A DNA stretch of 64,000 bases, taken from the NCBI RefSeq assembly GCF_006345805.1, contig NC_043000.1, forward strand, positions 129,518,001 through 129,582,000. Reading direction: 5' to 3'. The stretch is from Octopus sinensis (taxonomy: Eukaryota). The notes below the pieces were generated by a model that made no database searches, had not been told where the DNA came from, and worked only from the letters and a program-made list of their open reading frames with translations. How positions within the stretch are numbered: position 1 is the stretch's first letter; each line of letters begins with the position of its first letter. Position numbers and translations under genes: made by a program. Shown here piece by piece: positions 50,117 through 63,118 of the stretch.

Positions 50117-51232
50117 TCTTGTCTGTCTTTTTTTCTCTCTATATATAATGAATACAGAAATTATGGGGGAGTGACTCTCATATTCGAAAAGCACAATATT
50201 CGGACACGCTTATATAAAGAGTACCGTACTTTCATACACGGAAAGTACAATATTCGGATACGCTTATATAAAGCGTACAGTATATGGCCCAGCAATTATT
50301 CAGGCTGTAGTTCTGAGGAAGAACGATGTGGAAAACATTGCTTGTACGAGCGAGCCTGGAATGGTTGGGTATAACATGGGGAAATAGAGAAGAAGGAGAG
50401 ACAAGTATCTGTGATCTTTGAGTTGAAGTGGTAAGAGATTTGTCAGCTCTGGCGAGTAGAAGTAGAAAAGATGGTAAGAATATAGAATGTCTGTAGAATA
50501 GAGGTTGCTGTTGCCTTTCTTTACAAAAGCTCTACGATTGATTAAAGGGAGATTGTGAAGGAAGAAAGCATTCATAAGCAGACATCCGGTCCATTCATAC
50601 TCTTTTGAAATTTCTTGTTAATATTGCTCTCCAGTTTCTACGCATTTTCTAACATATTCCTTTATTAGTCTTCTTCTTCTTCTCTTTCACATAAAACTCA
50701 CTAACACACATACTATCACACACAAACACTGTCATGCATATTTTTCTCTCTATCTTCCATACATATTTTCTCCTTCTTCACACACATATTTTCCCTTTCC
50801 CATAGACACTGTCTCTCACACATACTCTCACATTTAGATTCTGTCTCACACGTATGTTCACTCTCTTTCTCTCATAGACTTTCTCTCTCTCTCTCTCTCA
50901 CGCACGCACACACTCTCACACATATGCATTTTCTCTTCTACACATACTCTTTCTCTTATATGCTCTCTCTCTCACACACACACTCTCTCTTTCTCTCACT
51001 CTTACACACACACTTTATGTCTCATACGCCATTTTTATCACAAATACAAGCTCTCTCTCTTTCTCTCGTATACATTCTCTTTCATACATAAATCTTCCAA
51101 TCACCACATACATACTTTCTGTTTCTCATATCTACTCCCTGTCACACGCAAGCTCTCTCTCTCTCTTACTATCTTTCTCTTTTGTACACACTCTCTTACG
51201 TTCTCAACGTCATACTCTCTAATTCTCTCTCA

Positions 51233-51267
<35 letters not shown>

Positions 51268-51863
51268 TCCTCCTTTTTCTCCATAGGCTTCTATAGTATT
51301 CTGTGATTAACTTTTCAGTTCATCTCTATAACATGATGGGGGGTGGGTCTCTGGGATGATAAATAACGCCAAGTGGGCGGCGGATCAACAATAAAATGCT
51401 TGGGTATCTCTTCTTTGCTCTAAACTTTTCTGTACTAACAACAAAGCATTTTCAAAGTAAACTTTACTTTTTCCAAAACTGCATTTCATTAAACAAAATC
51501 TATAAAAGCTATTTATTTGTTTCGTTATTTTCAACATGAACTCTAAAGTATATTGAACCCATTCGTAAACTAAACCATACAGCAACAATAGCTTCTACTT
51601 AGCATAAAGAAAAGACGCAAAAACAAAACCAAACCTTAGCGGTTGCTCGAAATTGGTGAAGATGGTGAAGACGGAGATGAGAAGGAAGAAGAAGGGAGGA
51701 GATCTATACGTAATCTATTATCCAAAATCAATCTATCAATCTATAATAATTTCTGATGGGAAAAGAACATTATATCTAGTTATTTCTCTCTACATATACA
51801 ACATCATTTTTGTATTAGTAATTATCATTATTATTAGTATCGCACTTTGCTGATATATTTTTC

Positions 51864-51912
<49 letters not shown>

Positions 51913-52235
51913 GTTATTATTATTATTATTATTATTATTGTCTTCATCATCATTACTGTGTTTTTAATAATGCGTTGATGTTTTAGAAAGAATTAAAAAA
52001 AAAGTTACATAAATACAAAAGCTAAAAATAAAGTAAAACAAAAAAAAAGCACAAAATAACTAAAATGAAAAAAGAAAAGCAACCCCCCAAAACAAAAGCT
52101 CCAGAAGCAAATATAATAAAGAAAACGAAGAAAAAGAGAACCAATTTTGTCAAATATTCCATATAATATATAATAATACAAGGCGAAACAGTTCTCTCTA
52201 TAACCAGGAAATATATCTTTCCAAACACAATGGAA

Positions 52236-52297
<62 letters not shown>

Positions 52298-52310
52298 TGA
52301 TGATAATAAC

Positions 52311-52351
<41 letters not shown>

Positions 52352-52362
52352 TAATAATAATG

Positions 52363-52395
<33 letters not shown>

Positions 52396-52813
52396 GTAAT
52401 AATAATAATAATAATACGAAAAACAATGCTTTAAAACTAAAATTGGATATTTCGTATATTGACAACTTAGTTTTGGTTGGTATTAGCTTTTGTACCTCTT
52501 AAGGTCGTATTTGTCAAAAACAGTGGACATTGAAATTGCTAACGTATTATAGACAGAAGCTGACAGTCAGAGAGATAAGTATCCATTATTTGTGTCAGAA
52601 CCGTATATTTGTATACTTGGTGTTTTTTTTCTCTCTCTAACAAAAGGTATGGTATTGATTCCATCGATTTTCTCCTTCATTTTCACTCCTTTTTATCTCT
52701 TATCTCGCCACCATCTTAATCCTTTCCTCTCAACAGAAAACTATGTATTGCGCATGTCTATTAGAAAAGAGTTCTATACATAAAAAATATATAGGTATAA
52801 TCACGAAAAGCTG

Positions 52814-52850
<37 letters not shown>

Positions 52851-52852
<2 letters not shown>

Positions 52853-53030
52853 ACACGCAAAGTACAGACGCATAAATATGAGTTTGTGTGTATGTGTTTG
52901 TGTATATGCGCGCGTGTGTAGAGCAAAGAGAAATACACGCACACACACACACACATATATATATACATATGCAAAACGTAAGCCTATACCGATGTGGAAA
53001 TACAAATTATAACTTATATGCATAGCCATG

Positions 53031-53086
<56 letters not shown>

Positions 53087-53280
53087 ATATATATATAACA
53101 CGCAAAGTACAGACGCATAAATATGAGTTTGTGTGTATGTGTTTGTGTATATGCGCGCGTGTGTAGAGCAAAGAGAAATACACGCACACACACACACACA
53201 TATATATATACATATGCAAAACGTAAGCCTATACCGATGTGGAAATACCAAATTATAACTTATATGCATAGCCATGTATG

Positions 53281-53286
<6 letters not shown>
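52851..53286. repeat. Near-perfect tandem duplication, period 245 bp
   Basis: Units 52851-53040 and 53096-53286 differ by about one base outside the microsatellites and are bounded by (TA)n. Confidence 0.9.
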
Positions 53287-53313
<27 letters not shown>

Positions 53314-54009
53314 TATATACACACACACTTGCTCTCTAAGCGAATAGGGGAAATGCTAAAATACAATATTCATCTATTTATCTCATAAATAAATAAATAA
53401 ATAAGAATAAATAGATAATTATGCCAGCCAATCGATCAATCTGTCTATTTAGAAAAACATACAAAAATTATCTATCATTCCCGTTTCACTACCAGCACGA
53501 CCACCACCAGTACTGCTGTCATCATCACCAGTGTTATCATTATCGCCACCAAATAATGAATATATGAAGAAATATATACATTAAAGCTATCAATTGTTTA
53601 GCGTTCATTCCCCAGTGTGGGATTGATCTAGAAGTTAAAACAAAATGAAACGAAATAAAAATTACAAACGACAGGACCAGTTACTAGGAGGTTTAAAATT
53701 CTAGCATTTGTATTTGGGTTCGATTTCATCATAGTGGATATAACAACGTATTTATTTTGGATATTTCTATTTCCTTGTTGGGAATGCTTACAATACATTA
53801 CCAGTGACATACCCCGGTCCTGTCCAATACTTAAGTCCAAGCTATTAAACTACATGTGTCAAAATGAAGATTGAATCGATTATTTACCAGGTTCTGTATC
53901 AATTCAATTGATCCAGGTGTCTGATGCTAATAAATACTAATAAATACAAATTTGAATTAAACTGTTTTGACCCATATATATACATATATACGTGTGTATG
54001 TGTGAGTGT

Positions 54010-54140
54010 GTAAAACATGGAGAAAAGTATTACTCATCTATCTGAGGTGGAGTAAAATATAGTGTTTTATTGAAGTTGTAAAACTTCACAAAAATGTTAC
54101 TCAGAGTTTCACATAATCGATCATCAGAATGAAGCGAACT
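54010..54140 (-). mobile_element. Degenerate PLE-like terminal repeat with hammerhead core
   Basis: Minus strand CTGATGA-TCGATTATGT-GAAACTC-T-GAGTA at 54098-54127; stems I and II eroded. Confidence 0.4.
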
Positions 54141-55615
54141 TTTGCTGATCGGTTATTGTATCTAAGTGTAAGTATCCCCCACCCCCACACACATATCGAG
54201 TAATGAATGACAAAATAGCTTTGAGTACACTACATCCTGAAGCAGGCGTGACTATAAGCTAACGTAACCCCTGTTCTTTTCTCATTGAATAATGTATTTT
54301 ACATTCTGTATTCACCTAATATTTTACTGTAACGCATAAGCATGTTGAGTTCTAATAAGTGATTACTAGTATCGCTATGCCTAAGCGAAATCATATCTAT
54401 CTGTCTGTGTGTATATTTTTTATATTAATCAGACTGGTGTCCTCATACAACGTTTCGACTATTGTATGCTTCAACCTCTTTTAGGTGTTTTGAGTCGAAC
54501 TCAGTTGTTGTATCGAATTTCGAACCTAACCCTTTATTTGATCCACGGTGGTACACTGTTTTTATTAAACTCTCCACATTTCGTGACATTTTTCGCTTCA
54601 ATTAATATTTTGAGTTTACCTTAGTGAAGATTGAACTCAGAATCTCTAGGTGAGTGCGTTACATTAATTCCTATCTATATCCACTACGCTATGCTTACGC
54701 AGCGTACAACAGCTAAAACGTATGAAAGCAACAATCAAGATGAGAACACCAGTTCAGCTAATATTAACAGTATACATAGATATAATTCTATATTTCTGAG
54801 ATGAAGAATTTATATTATGTATGTATGTATGTGTCTGTCTGTCTTTGTCAGTTTGTCGCATATATCTGCATGTATGTATGTATGTAAGCATGCATATAGC
54901 AAGAAGCTGTAATATTTTCCATTTAGAAGTAATTAAAAAAAAAAACGAAGCACAGCAAACACAGAACTTCAATATCTGTTAACCATCAACTAGGGAAGAA
55001 AACAAACAACAAACACAGCAAAGATAATATAATAAAAAAATAATATAATAAAAAAATAATAACTTTCCCTTTTGCACGAGATTTTGTCCAGCTCTTTATT
55101 ACTAATGATGGTGTCAGTAACCAAGGGTAAACAAACAACGAGGAAAATGTTCCCTATATAAATATCATGTAGCTTTATAAACCTGTCAGCTTGTCGAATA
55201 TAAAACAACTTTAAATGCTATCTGACGTATGGAACACCACCATGCATTTCTATGATCATAACGACGACGACGACGATGATATCGAAAATGGCGACGATGA
55301 TAATGATGATACCTTTGATGATGACGTAGTTGATGATGATTATAATATAATGAGACGATGACGATGACGATGATAAAAACGACGGTGAGAGAGTCGACGA
55401 TAATGAAAAGTGTGTTGATAGAGATGATGGATGCTGTTTTAGTTTGTTAGTTTAATGTGTTGGCAGAAATAGTTAAAGTGTTGAATATCTCTACTTCTTG
55501 ATTTCAAACCCTACTAGTTTCTCAAATGAGGGGAAAGGCTTATTTCCTGTATTGAACTCCCTGTCTAACAATACTGATAATCCTGGAAGAATTGGTAAAC
55601 TAAGCTGTCTGAAAA

Positions 55616-55692
55616 TCAAAGGTTTTGCAGATTTAGAATCGGGCGTTTTAAGGTGCTAATTCTATACTGCCATGTCTGTTCGGCCATTTTAC
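55616..55692 (-). other. Candidate terminal exon of uncertain coding status
   Basis: Pyrimidine tract then TGTAG|G. Phase-1 reading KMAEQTWQYRISTLKRPILNLQNL* is compatible with 56042-56116; no family recognised. Confidence 0.2.
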
Positions 55693-56041
55693 CTACATGT
55701 TGTTGGCAAAACAAGAGAAGAAGAAGAAGAAGAACAGCAAAAAATTACAACATTAACAAATATATATAAAAAAGCTAGACTCGAATTTTAACTCGTTTTT
55801 TCCTTGTATAATCGAGAAGTCGGCTGCGACTCAACCGCATTAATAGGAGAGGCCACACAAAACGCCTTTGCAGCCAACGCCTACTTCTCCTTCCTCCTCT
55901 GCCTCTTCTTCTTATTCTTCTTCTGCTGCTGCTGCTCTCTTTTTCATATCATTAACATCATCAGCTTTACTCTTGTTTCCATTGTCTCTCCCTCTTTCCC
56001 CTCCCTCTTAATCCTCCTCATCTCAATGTTTTTTTACTTAC

Positions 56042-56116
56042 TCCTCTGAGAATATAAAAGGTACTCCTGAGCGCTGTCGAAACTCATCCAGTCTGGAGCT
56101 TGCCAGTCTCTACTAC
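56042..56116 (-). other. Candidate small exon of uncertain coding status
   Basis: Strong donor GA|GTAAGT but a weak tandem acceptor TAGGTAGTAG. Open frame SRDWQAPDWMSFDSAQEYLLYSQR. Confidence 0.25.
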
Positions 56117-56281
56117 CTAAACGTTTAATGTTTGTTTTTGACACTAAGTTTCACAAAATCCATGCCTGCAGCCCGACTTTAGTTTTACGACAGCCAACAG
56201 TAGAAAAATAAAAATAAAAATAGAAAGGAAGAAAGGAATAAAACTAACAATCTAAAATATAACAAACACAAATGAACATAC

Positions 56282-56380
56282 CGCACTCTGCATACAATTC
56301 CATGCACGAGTTTCTCTGTCATTTTCTCCATACGAATCATTGAGAGACGAATATAAGTGGTGTCTGAAGTAGTTTTTGAT
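56282..56380 (-). CDS. Internal coding exon of a probable tetraspanin (start of the large extracellular loop)
   Basis: Acceptor TTCTTTCTTTTTCCTTTCAG|, donor GCG|GTATGT, 99 nt, phase 0-0, IKNYFRHHLYSSLNDSYGENDRETRAWNCMQSA. Matches the I..Y....L...L...YG....T.AW...Q pattern, length and intron phase of the pre-CCG exon in TSPAN4/9-like genes as I recall them. The partner exons were not found. Confidence 0.65.
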
Positions 56381-57944
56381 CTGAAAGGAAAAAGAAAGAA
56401 ATCCATGATTAGCATGGTTCATGTTAAAGAAAATTATCTCCCTTAGATTCAGGTTGTCAGTCAAGCTGAGCTGATTAACTTTACTTAATCGACTTCGTTC
56501 AATCAAACTGCATTTTCAGCAAACATTTAAAACTTTTGGGTGGTTTATTGAAGAGTTATTTAGTATCACTCAAACTTTTATTGCTCAAGCTAAGAAACAA
56601 TTGTCACTTCAAAAGATTTGACAGAATAAATGAAATTCATAGAATTACTTTCTTCCATGCAAATAAATATGACCATATGACTATGAGGGTTCTTGATGCG
56701 TGCTGTTCATGTTTACTGGGAATAAGGTGCGATTATGCTTTCTTGATATGTGCAGTGATTACACATTTTTACTGTCGAAAGGGAAAATATTTGCAGAAGC
56801 TTATTGGAGGATTTTCCCGTTGTCTCTCTTTATGGAATCAGTGCTGAATTATTGTGACGTGTGTAGAATGCACACTTCAAAATGGAATACATGGTTGTAC
56901 AATGACTCTAATCTTTTTGCATATTATCAACTAAATAGAAATGATGAAGTTATTAGTTTGAAAAATTAGGAATTGGGAGAATTGTGTGGCAAATATGCGT
57001 TCGGTTTCTCAAAAATCCCAGAAGAGTAAAGAAATAGTTTCTCTCCTTCCAATGTAGCCTGAAAGCCAGGAAGGTAAGGCAAATCTCATTTTCCTCTTCA
57101 TAATCATCTTTAGGACACAGCTTCCCAGAAATACTAAAATGGACTATTCCTTCATTTTATATCTCATCAATATTACAAAATGGAATGTTAAAAAGTGGCG
57201 GAATACCAGAGTAGATTAGCAGAGTCGGATAAAATACTCTGCAGTATATACTTGTTGTCGTTTACGTTCTAAGATCAATCCCTCAGAGATTATCTTTACA
57301 TTTTGACCTTGCGGGATTGATGAAATATTGTACTATTCAGGTACTGGGGATACTTTAATCGACTTATCCCTCACCCGCCATAAATTTGTGACCTTTAATC
57401 ACTGTTAGAAATCAATATAAAAAACATTCAACAAATACCGGTTACGAAATAGAAAACACTTTACCTAAAACATTCAATGTTTATATGTTATTTCTCTTTT
57501 CTTACTGAATTTTTGTTCCCGGGCATTTCATTAATGAAGAGAAAATATCGAAACGCGTGATATATTTTTAGGAGCAAAGTATTACTATCGTGAAGGAATT
57601 ACTTTTCCTCCATCGTAAAGTTTGTAGGAGCATTTCCTTATTCTAGTCGCTTTAAAGTTAAAAAGCATAGGTAATGTGGTTTATCTCTCTAATCTTCCCC
57701 AGTGCAGCCAGAATCAACTACCTAATCTGTCTCTCTTATTTTGATTTCACAGGGTTCCTTGTTTAAGTTGTCTTTCTTCCCTCTCTTCTTGGATTGGAGA
57801 CTAACTTAAAGCAATTCCTCTCCTCAGACCTTTTCTCTGGTGACATAAATCAGTATAAATAGTATTGTATTTCTTGCTGAAAGATAGACAAAATGACTTT
57901 TCCAAGAAGCAAACATACTATCAATATGTCTTTGACCTTCTTAT

Positions 57945-58560
57945 ACTTATCTCAGTCATTGGGTTGCGGCCGTGCTGAGGCGTTGCCTCGAAGGATCTAG
58001 ACAAAAAAACATCATCCCAGTACTTATTTTTTAAAAGTCTGGTAATATTCTATCGTTCTCTTTTGCTGAACTGCAAAGTTATAGAGGTTGTAAACAAGCC
58101 GACACCGGTTGTTAGGTGATAGTGAGAACACACACACACACAAAACGGAATTCTATTTAATTCCCACCTACCAAATTCAGTCACAAGGCATGAGTCGGCC
58201 CGAGGAGATAGTTGAAGGTATCTTATTTCTTTACTGCCCACAAGGGGCTAAACACAGAGGGGACAAACAAGGACAGACAAACGGATTAAGTCGATTACAT
58301 CGACCCCAGTGCGTAACTGGTACTTATTTAATCGACCCCGAAAGGATGAAAGGCAAAGTCGACCTCGGCGGAATTTGAATTCAGAACGTAATGGCAGACG
58401 AAATACGGCTACGCATTTCGCCCGGCGTGCTAACGTTTCTGCCGGCTCGCCGCCTTAAATAGTTGAAGGCATCTGTCCAAGGTGTCGCGCTGTGGGACTG
58501 TATCTGAAACCACGAGGTTTCAAAGCGAGCTTCTTAACCGCACAGCCATGTTGCGCTTAT
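57945..58560 (-). mobile_element. Degenerate SINE family B split by a family A insertion
   Basis: Head at about 58460-58560 and body at about 57945-58222, continuous across the insert. Confidence 0.75.
58223..58458 (-). mobile_element. Full-length SINE family A nested in family B
   Basis: TSD ATAGTTGAAGGTATC (58208-58222) and ATAGTTGAAGGCATC (58459-58473), 14/15 identical. Confidence 0.95.
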
Positions 58561-59427
58561 GCAGAAGCTTTTCTCTAGTAACATGATGTAAGCAGTATTA
58601 TATGTTTCACTGAAAGGCAGAAGAAGTTGTTTCTCCATGAAGCGAACATACTGTCGATACATGTAGAAAGACTGTATGAAAATGTTTCTCCGTCGTATGT
58701 AAAATGTCACGCTTTATATACGAATTTAGTAATATAAAGCTTTAGAATTGTATAGGTCAACTTAGGTGATAAGAAACATGAAATTAAATCGAGTAAATGG
58801 GGAAGACAATCTCATGAATAAATATAATATATAAATTTATATTATTGATTCTAAACAAGGAATATTGAATTTACATAAACGGTTAATAGTCATAGTAGCT
58901 TAGTATCTTTCGAAATCGATCATTGTTCCATTTCAGAAAAACTGCAAGATTCATGCCTTGGAAATGTAAGGTCTCCAGAATTAAAAAAACATAATAATTT
59001 TGATTTAGATTTTAAATGAACTGATATTACTTTCAGAATATTTTATTTATTCATACATTCAAATGATTTGACATCATTACATCTTTAAACGACTTGAAGG
59101 CATCAAATAAATTTTTGGCAATTAGTCCATGGAAACAAAAATAATTAATTTACAAAATGGGGTTTTTAATTTTTAATTATAAATTGAATCTCACAATCAT
59201 TTTGAAGCAAAAATATTGTGGGAGTAGTATAAATTCAGGATTAAAATAATTATTTCAAAAGATGTAGAGTAAATATAATTTCAATAGTCAAATTGTCTGA
59301 ATTTAGATCAATCAAAACGAAAATCCAGCAATTACTAAAAAATATGTGTCACCCGAAACTACAAGAAGCTTTATAAAAACGAATGCAAATCTAGTTCTGT
59401 CAATAAAAACTATCTGCAGTATAGTTG

Positions 59428-59830
59428 CTGGCATGCGTGTGTTGTTAAAATGCTCACTTTCACTTCCAAAACACATCATTTCGGGTTCAGCACCACTGCG
59501 GGCGGCAACTTGAGCGCGTATCCTCTACTATTACACTTGGCTGACCAATACAGTTTATGTGAATTTGGTAGACGGAAGCTGTGTATATGTCTATATATAT
59601 ATATATGTGCGTGTATGTGTGTGTGTGTGTGTGTGTATGTATCTTTGTGATTATGTTTGTCCTCTAGCACCTCTTGACAATCGGTGCTGGTTTGTTTTCT
59701 TTTGTATCCAAGTGGCACGATACAACAAGTAGCAGGCTTTCAAAATAAATATTGGGATCGATTTGTTCGACTAAATCCTTCAAAGGGATGCTCCATCATG
59801 GTCACAATCCAATGAGTGAACACGTAAAAG
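59428..59830 (+). mobile_element. Old full-length SINE family B
   Basis: Eroded head, GGGTTCAGCACCACTGCG, internal (TA)(TG) repeat and tail GATGCTCCATCATGGTCACA...GTAAAAGA. Confidence 0.7.
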
Positions 59831-60052
59831 AAAAATAAACGATATTATAAAATGTTACAGGATTTAAAAACGAGTATGTCACCGAAAAAAAGGTAGCGAC
59901 CAAACAGTAGCAACCGACAGATAATATCAATGACTGGAAACAGCGGACATGGATTGGCTCGAGGCCATGGTAGAAAATAATGACCCAAGACACCGTGTAG
60001 TGGAACTGAACTCATTACATCACGATTGCAACACGAGCCTCTAAAACACACA

Positions 60053-60083
<31 letters not shown>

Positions 60084-60086
60084 AAG

Positions 60087-61172
60087 TATCCGTAAAGTAT
60101 TGTATTAAATATCTATCACGGCTGATCGTACCAATCGGTTTCGCCTAAAGATTACAATGAAGTGTTAGATAACAATCTGATGATATAACTTTACGCTCAT
60201 CAGAGTTAGCCGATATGGAAGAGAATATGGCGACTGCTTTCTATTTTCGGAGGTGGATTAGTACAATTGGTCAGCGGTTGCTGTTAAAAAGGTGGTGAAA
60301 CGAAAAGGAGGTCAGGGGATTAGGTTAGGAGTTATGTCCCTTAATTGGGTATGCTGTTAAGCTGGCAAGAGTTATCTTGAAGTAGGGAAGACGTATACTA
60401 TTAATATGGTGCTCCTGTGCGAATGGGGTGTGTGATATGAGAAGTGGTGTCATATGCATAATTTTATCTAGTAGTGTATGTATATATAGGTGTATTCGTT
60501 GGTCTGTTTTGTTTCTGTTACGGATAAAGTCAAAGGGGTTGTTAGCGTGCGGTGTGTAATGTGTGTGTGTAGGAGTCTGTGCATGTTGTGGGTACAATTT
60601 GTGTGCAAAGGTAGTGGGAGACTATTTTGTCTATTTTGTAGGTTATCTGCCTTATAGGGGTGTGCGTATGTGTACATGGATGCATTGGTGTGTACTTTGG
60701 TCAAACTCTTTTTGCCGGGCCCGAGGGCATAATGGAAGGCATGGGACCTGTGGTTTCCGTCACGGTGGGGTGTGCAGGTACGACAGGAATTACTTCCTTT
60801 GAACGAACACACCTATATATACCTACACCCACAGATACAATTATACAAATGACACCACTACACATATCACACACCCCATTCCCACAGGAGCATCACATTA
60901 ATAATACACATCTTCCCCACTTCAAGACAACTCTTGCCGGCTTAACAGCATACTCAAATGAGGGACATAACTCCTTACCTAATCTCCTGGCCTCTTTTTC
61001 GTTTCACCGCTGACCGGTTGTATTAATCCACTGTCGACAATAGAGAACACTCGCAATATTTCCCTTCTGTATCAGCTAACTCTGAAGAGCGTAAAGTTAT
61101 ATAATGGGATTGTTACTTAACACTCCATTGTATTCTGTAGGCGAAACCGTGATGGATATTTAATACTATACT
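60087..61172. mobile_element. About 1.1-kb foldback element with about 400-bp imperfect inverted arms
   Basis: 60087-60500 aligns by eye to the reverse complement of 60790-61172 (e.g. AGGAGTTATGTCCC / GGGACATAACTCCT and ATATAACTTTACGCTC / GAGCGTAAAGTTATAT); about 290-bp spacer. Confidence 0.85.
60119..60212 (-). ncRNA. Type I hammerhead-like motif in the left foldback arm
   Basis: CGGCTAACT-CTGATGA-GCGTAAAG-38 nt-CTTTAGGC-GAAACC-GATT-GGTA-CGATCAGCCG. Stem II 7/8 paired, 3-bp stem III, GUA triplet; proximal stem I mismatched. The right-arm copy (61082-61146) has lost stem III. Confidence 0.6.
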
Positions 61173-61250
61173 TTTCGGATAATATACCGACTCTACAAAC
61201 AGATATACGAGCGTATCTTTTTCCTGACTTATGGTCTCTTAGACGACTCA

Positions 61251-61318
<68 letters not shown>

Positions 61319-61334
61319 GTACATACATACATAC

Positions 61335-61540
61335 AATGCACCACGGAATTTTGTCAGTGATCAGGTCGCAGTCTTAAAGCGACGTAAATATTTTGGCAAA
61401 TTAAATTTAAATGTTGAAGTGAATCTAGCAGTTTTTGTGTGTTTCTAAATGGCTTATAAACACCTTCCACGCTGCAATTGTTTTTGTTTCAGCATACGAT
61501 CTCAAATCAGGTCACTTGCTATGCAAGTACATCTCTGTAA
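61335..61540 (+). mobile_element. Single-arm copy 3 of the G3:C8 element
   Basis: TTTGTCA-GTGATCA-G-GTCGC...GCGAC-GTAAATATTTTGGCAAA through GTACATCTCTGTAA, then (TA)n. Confidence 0.9.
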
Positions 61541-62218
61541 TATATATATGCATGCATGCATATATGGGCACATGACGTCATGAAATGTGTACAACAAAGA
61601 AGTACGAAGCACGAGTACCCTGAAACATGAACTATTCTTTCGAACAACGAAAGACACAAATGGAAAACAAAACAAAGAACGACCCTTCATCAGTTGTTGG
61701 CTGTTATACACAAATATATCTATACATCTATGTACATATATGCACAGATACTCATGGTATACAGATATCCATGCACACACACGCTCGCACACACACGCTC
61801 GCACACACACACATATATTTATATATATATATATTGGTCGAGACAGTCTTTTGTTGTTCGTGCTCAAGGTCATGTGACATCAGAACCTGTCTGATAACAA
61901 TCAGCGCTCAGGTGAAACCCCAGAGTGTTAAGAGACGGAGTCAATCAAAATATAATCATAGATGTAAACATACATACTTGTATACATACATTTAGACTTT
62001 TATCGCAGTACCGAGAAATTTAGTAATACCTACAATTATTGGTTGAGTACTTGCATTGAGTTATATTTCAAAGAAAAGTTGAGATGTACTCTATTAATAT
62101 CATGTGAGTTTCCTTCCACACTCATCATTATTCAGAGTTCAGCTTCATTTATTGTATTATATGAGTACATACATACAAACAACCAAACATACATACATAC
62201 ATTATATACATACATACA

Positions 62219-62249
<31 letters not shown>

Positions 62250-62877
62250 CATAAATACATACATAAGCACACATATACTGGTAGGTACACGTGAAGATAT
62301 ATTCACAAACACATACGAATATATATATATATATTATATATATATATTTATATATATATACATATATATATGTAAAGTGAAACGAAAGAAAATATACGAA
62401 GGGTTTGAAGAGCAAGAAGAAATGAAAACAAAATGATACCTTAACACCAAGTAAACTGTCTTTTTTCCCACATATCGACTGAAAGTATATATGTATATAT
62501 GTATACAAATAAAAAAAATTGACACGAATAAAAAAATCAGTCTGAGGAGGAGGAGAAAAAGAACCATAAGAGGAACGAGAATGAAAAAAAAATAACAAAC
62601 ACAAACAAAAAAATGATAATAATCTATATAATATAAAAATTTGTACCGTAAAAGCTTTTACAGATTGCAAAACTACATCTCAACGTTAGTTTTTTTTTTC
62701 TCTTCTCACCCTGCTGCCATATTTTCTACTCCCAATACCACCCCTACTTTCACTTTGCGTGTTTCCTTACTTAACTGATTATCTGACCAGAGCAGAGTGA
62801 TTTTTTTTTCTCCATTGATTTATGATGTATTTTTTTCTTCTTATACTTATTATATGACGCCTAATGTTTGATGACAA

Positions 62878-62916
<39 letters not shown>

Positions 62917-63063
62917 AATAAAAAAAAACATAAAAAACGAAGGCCAACCAAACATCAGGCAGCTTTAAACACGTTGAGTAAAAGTTATTTTTTAATCACA
63001 AATACACACACAGACAGACACACACATATGCCAGTAACTACACACATATATCTACATTTACAT

Positions 63064-63118
<55 letters not shown>

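Noticed and set aside
56536-57080. Plus-strand ORFs and donor GAAG|GTAAGG near 57074
   Set aside because: The ORFs are unrecognisable and all frames stop before the donor; at most a UTR exon, without support.
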